From positions 6,078,001-6,142,000 of the forward strand of contig NW_024704742.1 of NCBI RefSeq assembly GCF_018977255.1: a DNA stretch of 64,000 nucleotides. Direction: 5' to 3'. The first letter of the stretch is position 1, and every line of letters begins with the position of its first letter. Under the pieces are notes generated by a model. That model did no database searches, was not told the DNA's origin, and saw only the letters and a program-made list of their open reading frames with translations. Of the stretch, positions 50,621 through 64,000 are shown piece by piece. Source of the DNA: Callorhinchus milii. Its lineage: Eukaryota. The position numbers and the translations under genes are program-made.

Positions 50621-52569
50621 TATAATAAAGTAATAATAATCCTTGCATTTGATAGAGCGCCCTAAAACATTGTCAAGACGTTTCAAAACTCTTCACAGCA
50701 TATAACGTAAAGTGAATTGACCGTGCCTTTCGTGAGCGAAACCAGTAACGACCAAACGGTCTGTTCCTGCGCTTGTAAAATTCTCTTGATTCAATGACAT
50801 GATCAAAGAAGTCCTGCATTGACTTGAACTGTCAACAAGCCTTGCAGTGAAAGCAGGAGGTTTGCTTGCAATCTATTTGGCTGGTGGCAACTGCGTGCAT
50901 CATCGAGCAAAATGAGGATTTGTAAGGAACCGAACAATTTATCATCTTAATCGCACAAAATACAAAATAACTTTTTTCTCATCTTAACCCTATCAAACAA
51001 ATGACAAAAACACAGAACCTAGTCAATAAAGAGTAGGCACACAAGACGTGAGAGTGAAATAGTAAAGTTCTCTTGCCGATTTGTCTGGAGCAGGGTGCTT
51101 ACAGTAATAGTCCTGACCTGACTCCCCTATCAACACGACCTTGCTCCCCCACTGCTAGAATTAACGACAGACGGAGCTTCAAAGGTTTGCTGTAATGATG
51201 GACCGAAGCTTCAAAGGAGAAAATGTAGAGTAGTCACAGCACTAATGAAGAGAGAGTCTGTAGAATTATAATGAAAAACATGGAATAGCCCTAATTCTTT
51301 CCCAGACGTCTATTTTCCAGAACGACTTTTTGGGCAGTTGGTAAGATTAGCGTAACCTCCCGTCCACCCCACCCCACCCCACATCCACATCACCGCAATC
51401 GGCAAGTGAAATAAAATGACATAATGTTGGTTTATTAATCAGTAACAGGGCTGTATTTTTTTAAAAAAAAATGCAGGGTAAAAATTGCCGGTGAAAAGCG
51501 TAGACCCTGTTTACTTGTGAATATGCGTATGTGTTGTGTGTGTGTGTATGTCTACCTGGTTGTGTGTGTGTATGTGTTGGGGTGGGGTGGGGAGGTTGGG
51601 GAGGGGGCACAATGTATAATCTGGGCAAAGGCTGGAAAAGTTATGGTTATTTCAGAGACCTGAACACCAAATGTTTTTCCGTGTGCAAGAGAGGTTTAAT
51701 GTGGAGGAACTCTTTCCTAGTGATAAATTACACGCCCCCCTCCCCAGTTCACTTACCATGAAATTGATAGCGGATAACACTCCAGGGTAGAGTGTGTTGC
51801 AAAGTAGTGATGCATCAAGTGGTTTGGATCAAAAATACAGAATTACATTAGTATTGCGCCTTTCACGTAGAGTCCCAAGGCGCTGGACAGTTAGGGACTT
51901 GGAGCAGAGGGGCTGGGGGTGGGGTGGGTGGGGGGGGAGTAGGGATCAAGGAGGGCGGAGGGAAGGGGTGGAAGGAGGGTGGTCGAAGGCATGGTTGAAG
52001 AGGAGGGTCTTGAGACGTGCCTTGAAGGAGGCAAGGGAGCAAGACGAAGGGAATGTGGGATGGCGTTCCAAAAGGGTGGGGGCAGAAATACGGATAAGTG
52101 TAAAAACTGCAAGTTTGTGTGAATTGCGAGGAGTCGTCAACGTAGCCTGAAGCCCTGAAGTCTTGGGTCCTTCAAATGTACATTTCTTATAACGTCTGCA
52201 TTTAGAGTTTGCGGACTGTGTGCTATTTGCACCTCGGATGTTGCTTTTTCGCCACAACACAGGTATCCTGAGGCGGGGCGGGGGGGACAGGAAAAGACAA
52301 ATAATCGATCGAACGATGATCGAACCACATGGCCACTGTTCTGCGCCATTTGAACTCGAGCCGGAAACCGATGAACTCTTTATAATATTAGCCCAGAAAA
52401 TCACGTGTGTAACAACGAAGGTACGCGAGACTGACTTGTAGTAAGAATCGGAGGATTAACATTCCATTGTCCAGCCAAGAAAGGTGACATCAGATGTCCC
52501 CTTCAACACTGAAAAATAATGATCAATGAAAACATTTCCTATTGACCGATTCTGTTCATGGGGGAATGT

Positions 52570-52985
52570 CTGGGTAACCACAGCAACATCCGCGTGGTGA
52601 GGTCAAGCTCCCTTCATGCCCTCGCACCCCCCCTACCTATCCGATTTGCTTACCCGCTCACCCCCCCCCCCACCCCCCCCACCTCCTCCCCTCGCCCGCT
52701 GCCTCCGCTCGGCCGGCTCGGGCTTCCTGTTCGTCCATCGCTCCCCTCCCCTCCACCATCGGCGGCCGTGCTTTCAGCCACAATCCCTCCGCCTCGCTCC
52801 CTATCCTCCCCACTTTCAAATCCCACCTAAAGACCTTCCTTTTGGATGGTGCTTTACGGTCATCTCCTCCCTCCCTCTCCCCCCTGTCTCAGGGTCAGAC
52901 TCCCAACACTGTCAAGCGCTCTGGGACGTGTTGCCCCACGTGAAGGACGCTATATAAATGCAAGCTGTTGTTGTTGTTGTTGTCA
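52570..52985 (+). mobile_element. L2 LINE 3' fragment
   Basis: SLHALAPP(Y)LSDLL..LRSAGSGFLFV..IGGRAF-like translation, plus the tail. Confidence 0.85.
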
Positions 52986-53532
52986 TCGTCAAGACTTCCG
53001 CATTCATGCAGAAAGTTATTGATGTCAGGCTTTCTCCAGATGTCCCCAGGCTGTGCGAAAGGGCTGGTTTTGTTTAGCCTGTCGGCCTTTGGGACCCCGG
53101 AAACTGCAGGGTGAGAGCAGACATGTTCCTTTGCAACTTTTAGATCAGTCTGTAAAGTAGTTGTCCTACACCGTATCAATGTAAATGGAATCAAAATGAC
53201 GTCTGGAAATAAGTAGTCCGCGATGAATGATTTATCACGGCGTTCAAAGCGATTTTTTTTTATCAAGAATCGATCTTTCCACCTTAAATGAGTCCCTGGT
53301 ATACACCGAGCACTGAGCAGATCAAAGTGAATTCCCACAGATAGTCTAAGGCTGGTTTGACAATAAAGTGGCTCAGATGTCTATGGATTTTTTTTGCATC
53401 ACTTCATTGCCGCCTTTTGGAAAGAAAAAGGCACTGATTCCAGTTCATTTACAGGAGGGCCCATTGATTCCAGGAGTAGTGCTTGCTACTAAATCCCAAT
53501 TTACTGCTCCCTCTCAACATCCTTTTATTTTG

Positions 53533-54015
53533 TGGAGTGCTGTCGCTCAGTGGTTAGGGCGCTAGCCTGGCAAGCAGGAAGACCTGGGTTCGATTCCCTG
53601 GCAGGGCGAAATGCTGGGGAAGTTTCCTTACTCCACACGCCTCTGTTTGCCTCGCAGTAAGTAGGAACCCGGTTGTTAGTCAAGTGTCGGATCGATTTTC
53701 TGGGCGAAATAATTTCTTCCAAAAAGCAATTGGTCACTTCAATCCACAGTCCCACAGTAGGAACCCGGTTGTTAGTCAAGTGTCGGATCGATTTTCTAGG
53801 GGTGATAATCCCTTCAAAAAAAATAATAAATTGGTCACTCAATCAACGACTGTCTGTGGGACGCTGCTGTGCGCAATCGGCTGCCGCGTTTCGCCCACAA
53901 AATATACAGTCAATTCGCTTTACGGTGTATTCTGTGAAGCGCTTTGAGATCTCTCGAAGTCCCGATAAGGCGCTGTATTAAATGCAAAGATTATTATTTA
54001 TTATTATTATTATTT
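53533..54015 (+). mobile_element. tRNA-derived SINE (subfamily B) with an internal duplication
   Basis: 41-bp identical repeat at 53661-53701 and 53757-53797. Confidence 0.9.
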
Positions 54016-56263
54016 TTATTAAGTGCTCAGCTCTTGGTAGGTGGAGAAGTGAATTAGGTTTATGTGCGCTTTACTGTATTCATCCGTCTCGAGGATCAAT
54101 TTGAGATCTTCTTGACATTTCTGTGGTAGTTTTTCGTCCGCTCGCCACTCTCCGCAGGTGCCAGTACCAGCCAGGCCTCCTCTGCCTTAGCTCCCCTGCT
54201 TTGGCCGGAGAATTCACTGCTGATGCTTGAAGTGCTCCAAGTCACTATCCCACATGAAGTGCGCTGCGTAATTGCAAGCTGTTGTTGTTGTGGAGTGCTC
54301 CGTGCCTATCACATGACAGGATTCGGTTAACAACTCGCCTCCAAAATCCGCCTACTTTATGGTCTTTGACCTGCCCTTATGTATTTATTCACTCATTAAT
54401 TTATTTATTTGACCCAGACCAGCGTGTGACTGTTCATTGTTCCTGCGAAGTCGCAGCTATCTTGTGATCCGTGAAGCCAGGAGATGTGTTTTTACATAAG
54501 TAGCATTACATCAGTTCAAGCAGTTGGTGATATCTTTCTATTAGTGCACCGGTTGTGTTGCGCCGGTTGATTTTGCCGATGAAGCCCACGTAAGTTAGTC
54601 GACGATGGCTTTGCCCTTTGTGTTGGCAGGATAGGAGGGAAGCAATGGACTTTTCAACTTCTTTCCCGAATCTTCCCCCAATTTCTTTTAGGTAGTGTTG
54701 ATAAGGGCGAACAGAAGCATCTCTGATTACCGTACTGTCAGTATTGTGCCTCTTGTGTCTTTTGTTACTTTGTTCAAAATAGGTTCTTTCTAGTTTAAAC
54801 CAAAGAGTTTTGCTGTGCACAAGGCAGGACTCCAGCTGTACGCTTGCACGACATTTGGGAAGGCAAGGTGGTTGTAATAATAATAATAACAAAAACATAT
54901 ACGTTAGGAAAAGATATCTCTTTGAAGAGTTTTTGGTCGTCTTTCCTCTCCCCGTCCCCTTGGCCTCCCACCCCTAACCCCGTTGCCTATCCAGCGCTGC
55001 AAAGCGTTTTGAGACGTCCTCCCGACATGAAAGGCGCAACTTAAATCTAAATTGTTATGTGTCACATTAAAATGTCTCAACAATTAGCCACATTATCCTT
55101 TATTCTTTAACGTTGAGGCGTTAGCATTCTTTAAAAATCAACCTTACAATATTAATCCAGCGTATTGGTGATTATATAATCTACTTTGTTGGCAGTACAA
55201 AAAACCTGAATCATCATGGTCTTAGCCTTAATATATGTAAGATGGTGCAATGTTTTGGAAGAGTCTTAGCGTCACTTTCAATTTGGAAGCTGTTTCCCCG
55301 CAAGCTCTTGAAAAGGATCTGTTGAAAACCAGTTTCCAAATGAGCCAGAAATTAAGACTTTACCAACATTAAATCTTAAAAGTAAGATCGTGGGGGTAGT
55401 AGAATTTCAGGCCCCTGAGTCATTTTGGTTAGGATGAGTTAATGTTTTTTGAAGTCTGGTTTTAATTCACCCACTGGTTTCTTCCAGTGTTAGGCAGCCC
55501 GAAGTTACAAGAAACCCTGAGGCGTGCAACCTGTGACCATCTGTTAGGGAGGCGGGTGATATGCTGTCTAGCCATCTCTTTGCTTTAATTTTCATCGATT
55601 TCAAGTTTACAGCTGAAATAGGAATGAGGCTCGCAGTGCCCCAAACACTCTGCTGCACGGCTATGAAGAAGCTGCGTTGTGTGATAGATAATTCCTTGGA
55701 AAAAATAATACCGATAATTGGGTCACTTCAATCCACGACCGTTTGTGGGGACCCTGCTGTGCGCAATTGGCTGCCGCGTTTCGCCCACAAAAATACACGG
55801 TCAATTCACTTTACGGTATATTCTGCGAGGCGCTTTGAGACGTGTCGGAGACGTGATAAGGCGCTATATCAAATGCAGGAATTGTATTATTATTCTGAGA
55901 TTGTGTAGTTCAGTTGCTGCTATCTTCAGTGAGAAAAGAGGGATGATTGAGAACCTTGTTCTTTGAGTTATTTTGAGTGTTTTTTTTGTTTAGAGGTTAT
56001 GGGTAGTAGGTCTAAAAGCTTGTCACTGAAAGTGAGTCCTGATCATGGTGGCGGAGAGTGGACATGTGTGTTTTTGTTGTCTTGGGGAGGGGTTGCGGAG
56101 GTGCAGTAGAGCTAAGACCGGACTAAACTGCAATTTAACCGTGAGACTCAGAGACCCCAGGTGAATCTTGGCTGCACTCTCATAGTTCATAGTACTCTTC
56201 ATGTCCAGAAGCTAGGGACCCATCTCGTGGAAAATCACCAATGTGGAGTCCTGTAGCTCAGTG

Positions 56264-56562
56264 GTTAGAGCACTCACCTCGCTAGCCAGAGACCTGGGTT
56301 CTGTTCTCTGCAGGGTGAAACGTTGGGCAAGTTTCCTTACTCCGCACGCCTCTGTTTACCTAGTGGTAAGTAGGAACCCAGTTGTTAGTCAATTGGCGGA
56401 TCGCTTTTCCAGGCGAAATAATTCCTTCCAAAAAGCAATTGGTCACTTCAATCCACGACAGTTTGTGGGACGCTGCTGTGCGCAAATGACTGCCCCATTT
56501 CGCCCACAAAATACACAATCAGTTCACTTTACAGTATATTGTGTGAAGCACTTTGAGACGTC
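56264..56562 (+). mobile_element. tRNA-derived SINE (subfamily B)
   Basis: tggagtcctgtagctcagtggttagagcac head and CORE-like centre. Confidence 0.92.
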
Positions 56563-57965
56563 ATTGAAAGAGAAATGACCAGTCAGACCATCAGGTCCAT
56601 TGGCTCCACAGACTTTGGCTGCCCTCCACTCCACTCGAAACGTTCTCCCAAACTTTCTGCCTATTCTGCAACGGCATTCCAAAAAAATTCCGGAATATCT
56701 CATCTACACTCACACATTTCCACTGTTATCATTGTGTTAAGAAGGTAAGGAAACATAAAAGCAGTAAAGGCCATTTGGCCAGTGGAACACGATTCTTTTC
56801 TAGACATGTGAAACCTATTCTAGTCTGAACTGACTTCCACCTGTGTACAATCGTGCAATGAAAAGTTCTGTAAAAATATTCGCTGATCTCGGAGGGTGTT
56901 CAGTAGAGTATTTCATTGGCTGTATTGATGGTTAACCCTACAACCTTCAGTCCCATTCCTAGTTGTCACGAGGATCAAAATGTTTAATTCTGCCGAAAGT
57001 CGATGAGATTAGTGATTTTTTTTTCGTTGCGGGAGAGGTTGATGGAGCAACAAAAGAGACTCAGCAAATCGTGCCTAAATTTAAAAAATAAAATGGTGGG
57101 ACTCTTCATTTAAGTCACAGTAAATGATCTCTCATTAGACACTTAAGTTTCCTTCCTGAGTAGCCTTAGAAGTGTCTTGCCTCCCTGTGTGGGCGTCCAA
57201 AGTCACCCGTTGACAGAGGAGCTAGTTTTCGAAAAGGACTTGAGCTCCGTGTTACTTAAAAGTTCACCAACTTCTTCCCCATAGAATTTTAATATGAGCT
57301 TCCAGCTAAGCTCATATTAACAGGATTTGATTTATCCCGAATGATGCAATTGTAAATCTGGGGCGTGGGGAGGGAAGCACAGCTTTCTCCCGCTGTAATT
57401 CCAAAAGCTTTATTGATTTACCAAATGGGACACCATTGGGCTCTGTACCACAGAGAGGATGGGACGTAGGTTTAAACTCGCTGGCCTGCTTCCACGCTCT
57501 CCATTAATGATCTCAACTTTGCTCTTGCTGAGCACAGGCCTGGTTCCTCCCCAAGAGGTTGAGAAAGTGGGAGTGAAAGTCCTAGAGGCCACCACAGATA
57601 CTGGCTACAGGACGCATTTTACCTTTGGTGCATGTTGCAAAAGTGAGAAGAAAGAGAGTCTTCCCAAATACAATAAGTGAACAAGAAGTAAGAAAAAAAT
57701 CAGAGGAATAGGCTCTTCGCTGTGGGGAGCTAATTTAACCCCACAATTGGTTGCTGCTTTTTGCCAACAAAACATATAGTCAATTCACTTTACAGTATAT
57801 TCTGTGAAGCGCTTTGAGACATCTCAAATACGTGATAAGGCGCTGTTATCTTGGAGGCCAAGGACACCCCCAGGCTCCTCTTCTCCCATCGCCAACCGGC
57901 TCTTCCATCCACCCTTTCTCACCTCCCAATGCCAACTGCGAGGCGATGCTGGACTTCCTCGAATA

Positions 57966-58292
57966 ATAAAATAATAATAATAATCGTTGCATTTGATATA
58001 GTGCTTTTCACGTCTTCTAGACGTCCCAAAGCGCTTCACAGAATATACTGTAAAGTGAATTGACTGTATATTTGTGGGCGAACGCGGCAGCCAATTGCGC
58101 ACAGCAATGTCCCACAAACAGTTGTGGATTGAAAATGACCAATTTATTATTGTTTTTGGTTTTGGAGGGATTATTATTAGGCTCTGTGTGGAGTAAGGAA
58201 ACTTGCCCAAGGTTTCGCCCTCTGCCTGGAATTGAACTCAGGTCTCCCACTTGCAAAGCGAGCGCTCTAACCACTGAGCTACAGGACTCCAC
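57966..58292 (-). mobile_element. Full-length tRNA-derived SINE (subfamily A)
   Basis: Near-identical to 11247-11572. Confidence 0.95.
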
Positions 58293-58329
58293 AAGGAGTC
58301 CAATGCTACAGAAAGCTAAGAGCTACAGA

Positions 58330-59045
58330 ATCCAAAGGCGAGGGGATCCGCTCAGCTGCCTCTGCCCTTCCGTCTCCTACACCCTCCCCATCTCTCCCTC
58401 CCACCCCGGCCCCTACCCATCCCTTCCTCCACACCTTCAAACCTGTCTCCCACTCCTCTATCACCACCGCTATAACCCGCATGAAGCCGACCACCTGTTC
58501 CCTCGACCCCATCCCTACCCCTCTTCTCAGCTCCCAGCTCCACCTCCTTGCCTCTCTTCTCACAGGCATCATAAAGCTCTCCCTATCCGCTGGTACTGTT
58601 CCCACCCCATTAAAAACAGCTGTCATCACTCCTTTACTTAAAAACCCTCCCTAGACCCATCTCTACTCTCAAACTACCACCCCATAATCAAAGCTCTCCA
58701 TGATCTTGCTCCCCCCTACCTCTGCGACCTCCTAACCATCTACCATCCTGCTGACTCCCACTTCACGCCCCCCGCCTCGCTCGCCCCTCCATTGGCGGGC
58801 GGGCCTTCTGCCACTCTGCCCCCACCTTTTGGAACACCATCCCGCAGTCCCTCTGTCTCCTTCAAGACCCATCTCAAGACCCTCCTCTTCGACCATGCTT
58901 TCGATCACCGTGCTTTCCCCCTCCTACCCTCCACCCTCCCCGATCCTGACTCCCAGCTCGGGTCCGAAACTGACTGTCCAGCGCCTTGGGACATCCTCCC
59001 GACATGAAAGGCGCTTTACAAATGTAATTTTGTGGTTGTTGTTGA
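58330..59045 (+). mobile_element. L2 LINE fragments with a large internal deletion
   Basis: ctcgaccccatccctacc (LDPIPT), aaaaaccctccctagaccc..aactaccaccccat (KKPSLDP..NY.PI), joined to the 3' end SFKTHLKTLLFDHAF and the tail. Confidence 0.85.
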
Positions 59046-59401
59046 TATCAAGTGCAAGGATTATTATAATTATTATAATAATTATTATTATTATTAATGC
59101 GTACTGCTTTCCAACTGCTATTATTTTGCTGCAATTGACCAGTCAGTAACCTACATCTGAACATCAGAGCCACAAACTTGAGTTCTTTCACCGTTTGCAG
59201 CACCATTCACAGTGGTGGAAGTGGAAGCAGTGAAAGATCACGAGAGGTACCAGCATTGGTGAGTGGCTGAAACCCTGACACTCTCCCTCGGACAGTTATT
59301 GGAGGTCTCACTATTGCTTAGCTGCACTGGCATTCCCAGTGATTGGAGAAGTTGTTAGAAGAGAAAGAGGGGTTAAATGCTCCCCTGATCCCCCAGCCAT
59401 T

Positions 59402-59535
59402 TCTGACGAAGGGCCATGGACCCGAAACATTGACCCACTTTCCTTTCTCCATAGATGCTGCCTGACCTGCTGAGTGTTCCCAGCGACTTCTGTTTTTCTT
59501 TCAGATTTCCGGCATCTGCAGTATTTTGTGTTTTA
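59402..59535 (+). mobile_element. Penelope-like pLTR relic with a degenerate minimal hammerhead ribozyme core
   Basis: CTGACGA-a-gggccatggaccc-GAAAC at 59403-59428, followed by tttctccatagatgctgcctgacctgctgagtgttcccagc. Confidence 0.7.
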
Positions 59536-59544
59536 CCCCAGTAC

Positions 59545-59870
59545 GATTATTTGACTCAGTATCCGAGCCACACATAGTGGGACATCCCAGGTTCGATCTC
59601 CTGGTTTGTGTTGAGTTAGCTGACATCAACGATGTAGCATGAGCGCTGCTAAAATTTGTCTCAGAGCCAGGATCGGAAGCGGGGGAAAATCAACCAGGGA
59701 TTTTTCTTCTAAATATTGTCTTGTTACTTCTGCTGCTAGAGGCGCAAGTAGAGGCATCGGACGAGGACAGGACTGGGCCCGTCTGTGATGGTCTCCAGGG
59801 CTGAAGAGCCCACCTACATTCAGTGCGGTGTAAGGTTCATACAGGAGTAGTGGCCAATTAGGAGATGTAG
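59545..59870 (+). mobile_element. Ancient tRNA-type SINE (AmnSINE2/LF-SINE-like; family uncertain); a related piece lies at 24040-24140
   Basis: cccaggttcgatc..gttgagttagctga..ggggaaaatcaaccaggg..gaggacaggactgggcccgtctgtgatg. Confidence 0.55.
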
Positions 59871-62742
59871 GGGGGGAACCTACGTGGAGCCAATAGAAGG
59901 AGAAAAAAAAGAGTCAAAAAGGTTTCATTGGGGGAGGAAAATTGGTGAGAAAAATGGCAATTACACGTCTGCAAGACTCAACTAACTCGGTGGGTTTCAT
60001 AGTTGTGAAAAAATACTTTGAAGCAACTTGGGTTTAAAAAGGACCCTTAACGCAGTGTAACGCTTTGGAGCATTGGAAACCTTTGGGGCTACACAGTTGT
60101 TTGGAACATGGCCTAGAAACAGGCCCTTTGGCCCAACTAGTCCGTACCGATGTTGAGGCTCCACACAAGCCCCCAAGCCTTCTATTCCCCTCACCTATGA
60201 TAACCCTTCTCCCTCATGCTGTAATGTGTCTAGTAGGTGAGGAAGCTCTCTATACGGGAAATGATGATACAAACACTGTGTAGCCTGCAGTGTGAGGATT
60301 GGCAGGGCTTTGATCGATCGTACCAGTAGCTTCCATATTTTTGTTCGGCCTCTTTCTCCCGCGTTACTGGTAATACGAAGCAGGTCCTTTATCATAGGTA
60401 AGCCCTGGTATCCCCTGGTATCCCCTCAGTTTGGATATAACCTGATATCACAGTGGATCCACGGTCTACGGAATTCCAGCTTCTGCCAACCTCGGAAATA
60501 TTTGTGAAGGAGGGTCACTGCTAACTGTCCGCCTTCTTACGCACAGAAGGGGTGCAGCAAAGCCTTAGTGACGGCGGGAGGAGCCCCAGAGATAAGCAGG
60601 AGAGGCTGTAACATAACGCACCCCATTTTAAAGATCCCACATTATAACAGGGCCCACTATCCCGTTGCAGCTGTTGAGGTTCGCGCTACACCTACAGGGA
60701 TGTCCCAAAGAGCGCAGAGAGCAAACATCTTCATTTAAGTGGTTTGTACTCTGAAAAAGGCACAATCACTTGGTGAGGGGGAATGAACCGACTCCGCCGA
60801 GAGCACAACTTTTCAATAGAAGCATTCGCAAAACAAGATTGGTTCAGCAAAGAGAAATAGCAATCGAACCAGTGCGGGCGACCGATCAGAAGATCACGTC
60901 TTCTCGTAATAATTACCCGTGTGACTTTTGATCATTTTCCCTCGCTTCCTACGTGCTGCAGTGAAGCTGCAGAAGACTGGCATGTTTTTTTTTCTCTCTC
61001 TCTCTCTTCAAAGTCAGCTGTTAAGCCACAGCAGTTTCTTTGTAAAACCTCTATTACAGAGAGAGAGAGAGAGAGAGAGGAAAAACACTCTCCCACCCCC
61101 AAATTGCACAATGTGACATTAGCATTGCCATCGCTGTTGTTGACTTGCTTGTTGTGCACTGAGCTCGTTGGGAGGCTGCTGCTAGGTGTGGTGCGGTAGA
61201 GTCAGTGTTGCAGAAATTCAGCAACTGTACGTACCTGAGCGGATATCTTATCTGATGAGTTGGGTGGAAGTGAGCAGGCTAGATAACAGAGCGTTGGTAC
61301 CACGACTAGCAGGCAGGCAGGCGCAAGGAAAATTAAGCTAACCGCAATAACACCTGGGGGACGCTGGGTTGATGCAGTCCTGAGCCACTGCACGGGGTTG
61401 TTTTTCTTTTTGTGTTGTCTGATGTGTGTAGGTGGATATGCTGTAGCTGCTCGGTTCGATGAGGTTAAGCTTGTGTTGGGGTAACGCTCTTAACATCCTG
61501 CATGCAGTGACATTTCAGACATGCTTTCAGAAAAGTTATCTCTTTTTTTCTCACAAAGAAAAGCTTACCAAACGTATAACGTATGATAACATATCTTCTC
61601 GAAGAGCTTCAAACACACCGAGCACTCTCGAGCTGCTGCCCCACATGAAGGGCGCTAGGTGAACGCCAGTTGTTGTTGGGCAAACCTGTTTTTCCTGTTG
61701 ATCATCTTCACCGAAGGGCCTTGAAGGCACCAACGTGTGGGCTTTCAGGCTAAATGTTATCTGGCTGTTACGTTTCTCAGTTATGTTTTTGTTACGGGTT
61801 CTTGTTCACTATAAATATACTCGGATTGTTCTGAAGCATTGAGTGGAGAGACAACTTTGCCTGTAGTGGTCGAAGGCACTGACATACTTACAGAGCAGAA
61901 AGGTTTTGCTCTCGTGGTATGGGAAGGGAGAAATATGAGTCATTAATCACATTTGTAATACAGTCGTGTGACTGTTGTTGGTTGAGAGGTTTCTAGACAT
62001 TGGGTTAAAACAGGATTTGGCTTGACTGCGATGTTCCCCATGGTCAAATAACCTGCTCACACACACGTCATAGTCACCTATGAGGTGTTAATATGAATCA
62101 GGAGAGGATGAAACAGGAGGCTATTTTAAAAAGTCTACCTCAGACGTGTGATGACGTTATTTCGAAAACGAATTTATTTGTGCAAAAATATTGTTTGCCT
62201 CTAAATACAGTCACCGCACTTTGCAGCAAATTCCCGTGAAGCACTTTGAGACATTTCGATGATGTGTCAAGGCACTGTCTCAAATGCAGAAATGATTATT
62301 CTTATTATTAACTTCAATTACTTTACAAGTTTGCTTGCGATTCCAGCCACAGGATACTGTTTGTAAGTTGCTTTGATGTTGAGAAACCAGCACTGTAAGG
62401 GTGATATGGGTGTATCTGTGTTGTAGAGGAAGATGATTAAAAAAAATGTAACACTGTGGTATAATTTGTGACATTTGTACAGAAAATTGTTTTGCTAAAT
62501 TTCAACCCGGGGTTGTGAATATCAAAAGAGGCTTAATTTTCATGAATTGCAGTATAATTAATGGATAATTCTGACAGTGACAGAAAAGCTGACAATGTTT
62601 CAAAAATTGACCAGGAATTCAGGACCATTCTGCTTCTGAGGAGCTCCACTCAATGCTTTTCTAGGTAATGGCTCCCCCTTTTAGCGGATAGAATCGGTTC
62701 GTTCACTTCATTGCTATTTGCAGGAGAATGCTATGCAATGTG

Positions 62743-63145
62743 TCAGCCTTGCTCACTCTCTCTTTCTGAGTCAGAAGGTTGTGGGTTCAAATCTCTTGAG
62801 GGTTGAACTCCCATAGTCTTAAGCTGCCACTCCGATGCAGTGCTGGGGGATGTGTTGCATTGGCAGCGTTGCTATCCTTTGGATGAGACGTTAAACTGAA
62901 CAGGCTGTTCAGGTGGATGTTAAAGATTATTCAAAAAGAGAAGGGAGTCTCTCTCTCCCAATGTCCTGTCCAATAAATCCCCTAAATAAAATTCATCGCT
63001 TACTCCATGGTAGTTTGTGGAACTTCGCCTGCTGCACTCACCCACAAAATACGCAGTCAATTCACTTTAAAGCATATCCTGTGAAGCGGTTTGAAAGATC
63101 CTGACAACGTGATAAGGCGCTTATCAAATGCAAGGATTATTATTG
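62743..63145 (+). mobile_element. Deu-domain SINE
   Basis: ctgagtcagaaggttgtgggttcaaat; atcctttggatgagacgttaaac; shared tail. Confidence 0.8.
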
Positions 63146-64000
63146 TTATGATGTCAAAACAGAGTGTCATGTTTGCCTCCAAATAAACAGTCACTGCACT
63201 TCAAATTAAAATATTGCAAAGTGCTCTGAGACGTTTCCATGACATGATAAGACTCTGTACCAAATGTAAGGATTATTAATATATTTTTATTATCAAAACA
63301 GCATTGATCAAAGAATCGCGCACCGTTAATAACTAATTCGACAGTGAACCGCTTGAGGTTGGTTGTTCTATTCAAGCAATCACTAGAAGAGCAGTTCACA
63401 AACTGCAAGTTACGCACAGGCATTGTGGAGAGTTAGAGGAAAGCTATTTGGATAGTTGACACTGGAAAGAAACCTACTGTAGGCAGCAATGTCGTAACGT
63501 TGCCTTTTTATTCCCCCCCAAAAAGAATTGTTTTAACGCAGCTTTGAGCTCAGATGCCAGCTTTAAAATGAAGCTCGACAAAGAGAGGCGACTTCCAGGT
63601 TGACGGTTTGCTGCTGACATAATTTCTCTGTGTGCTCGATCCAAAACTACAATCCTTCACAGGGTGACTTTCTGGTGCTCTCTGACGCGGAGCGCACCAG
63701 AGCAGCACGCAGGTAGTGACACCCTAGAAGGTGACAGTCGGTGTTAGCTTGGGAGGCCGGCCAGTCCATTTCAAAGTATTCCAGACGCCCGGCCACAGGA
63801 CACCTGCGTTAACAGCAAACTCATGCTCTAGTAAGACACGTAATAACAGGGTTGCCCTGTGTGCTGCATTAGGCAACGTCTATGTCCTCACCACAGCTGG
63901 TTTGCATTGTGAGGTTTAGACCAGAATGGATTCTAATCGGTTTGACCCTCCATAAAATACTTTTTTTTTCTCTCCGACTAGGATAAAGGCATTGCTCTCT

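Noticed and set aside
54506..54898. 130-aa minus-strand ORF
   Set aside because: Starts in a simple repeat; no recognisable domain or exon structure.
63731..63919. ORF with KVFQTPGH, resembling the metallo-beta-lactamase TPGHT motif
   Set aside because: No convincing splice sites or other MBL motifs; likely chance.

Overview
Vertebrate genomic DNA, most likely a cartilaginous fish. The SINE and LINE inventory resembles elephant shark/chimaera; this is inferred from repeat similarity. I find no intact host protein-coding gene, and nearly all listed ORFs are spurious or repeat-derived. The window is dominated by tRNA-derived SINEs with L2-type tails, Deu-domain SINEs, L2 and CR1 LINE fragments, Penelope relics, palindromic MITE-like relics and microsatellites, with one 25-N gap. 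Two things stand out. (1) At 1-2090 (minus strand, running off the left edge) is a heavily decayed endogenous negative-strand RNA virus L-polymerase gene with its motifs in the correct order. A possible nucleoprotein remnant lies upstream in the same orientation (3700-4260). (2) At about 39380-43110, downstream of a GC-box/CpG-rich promoter-like segment, is a ~3.7 kb ORF-less region. Short unique segments there form many 10-19 bp long-range helices that frame TG, CA, G-run and C-run tracts, and G-U pairs mostly favour the + strand. It is a candidate undescribed, highly structured lncRNA. Repeat boundaries are approximate, and all alignments and pairings were done by eye.
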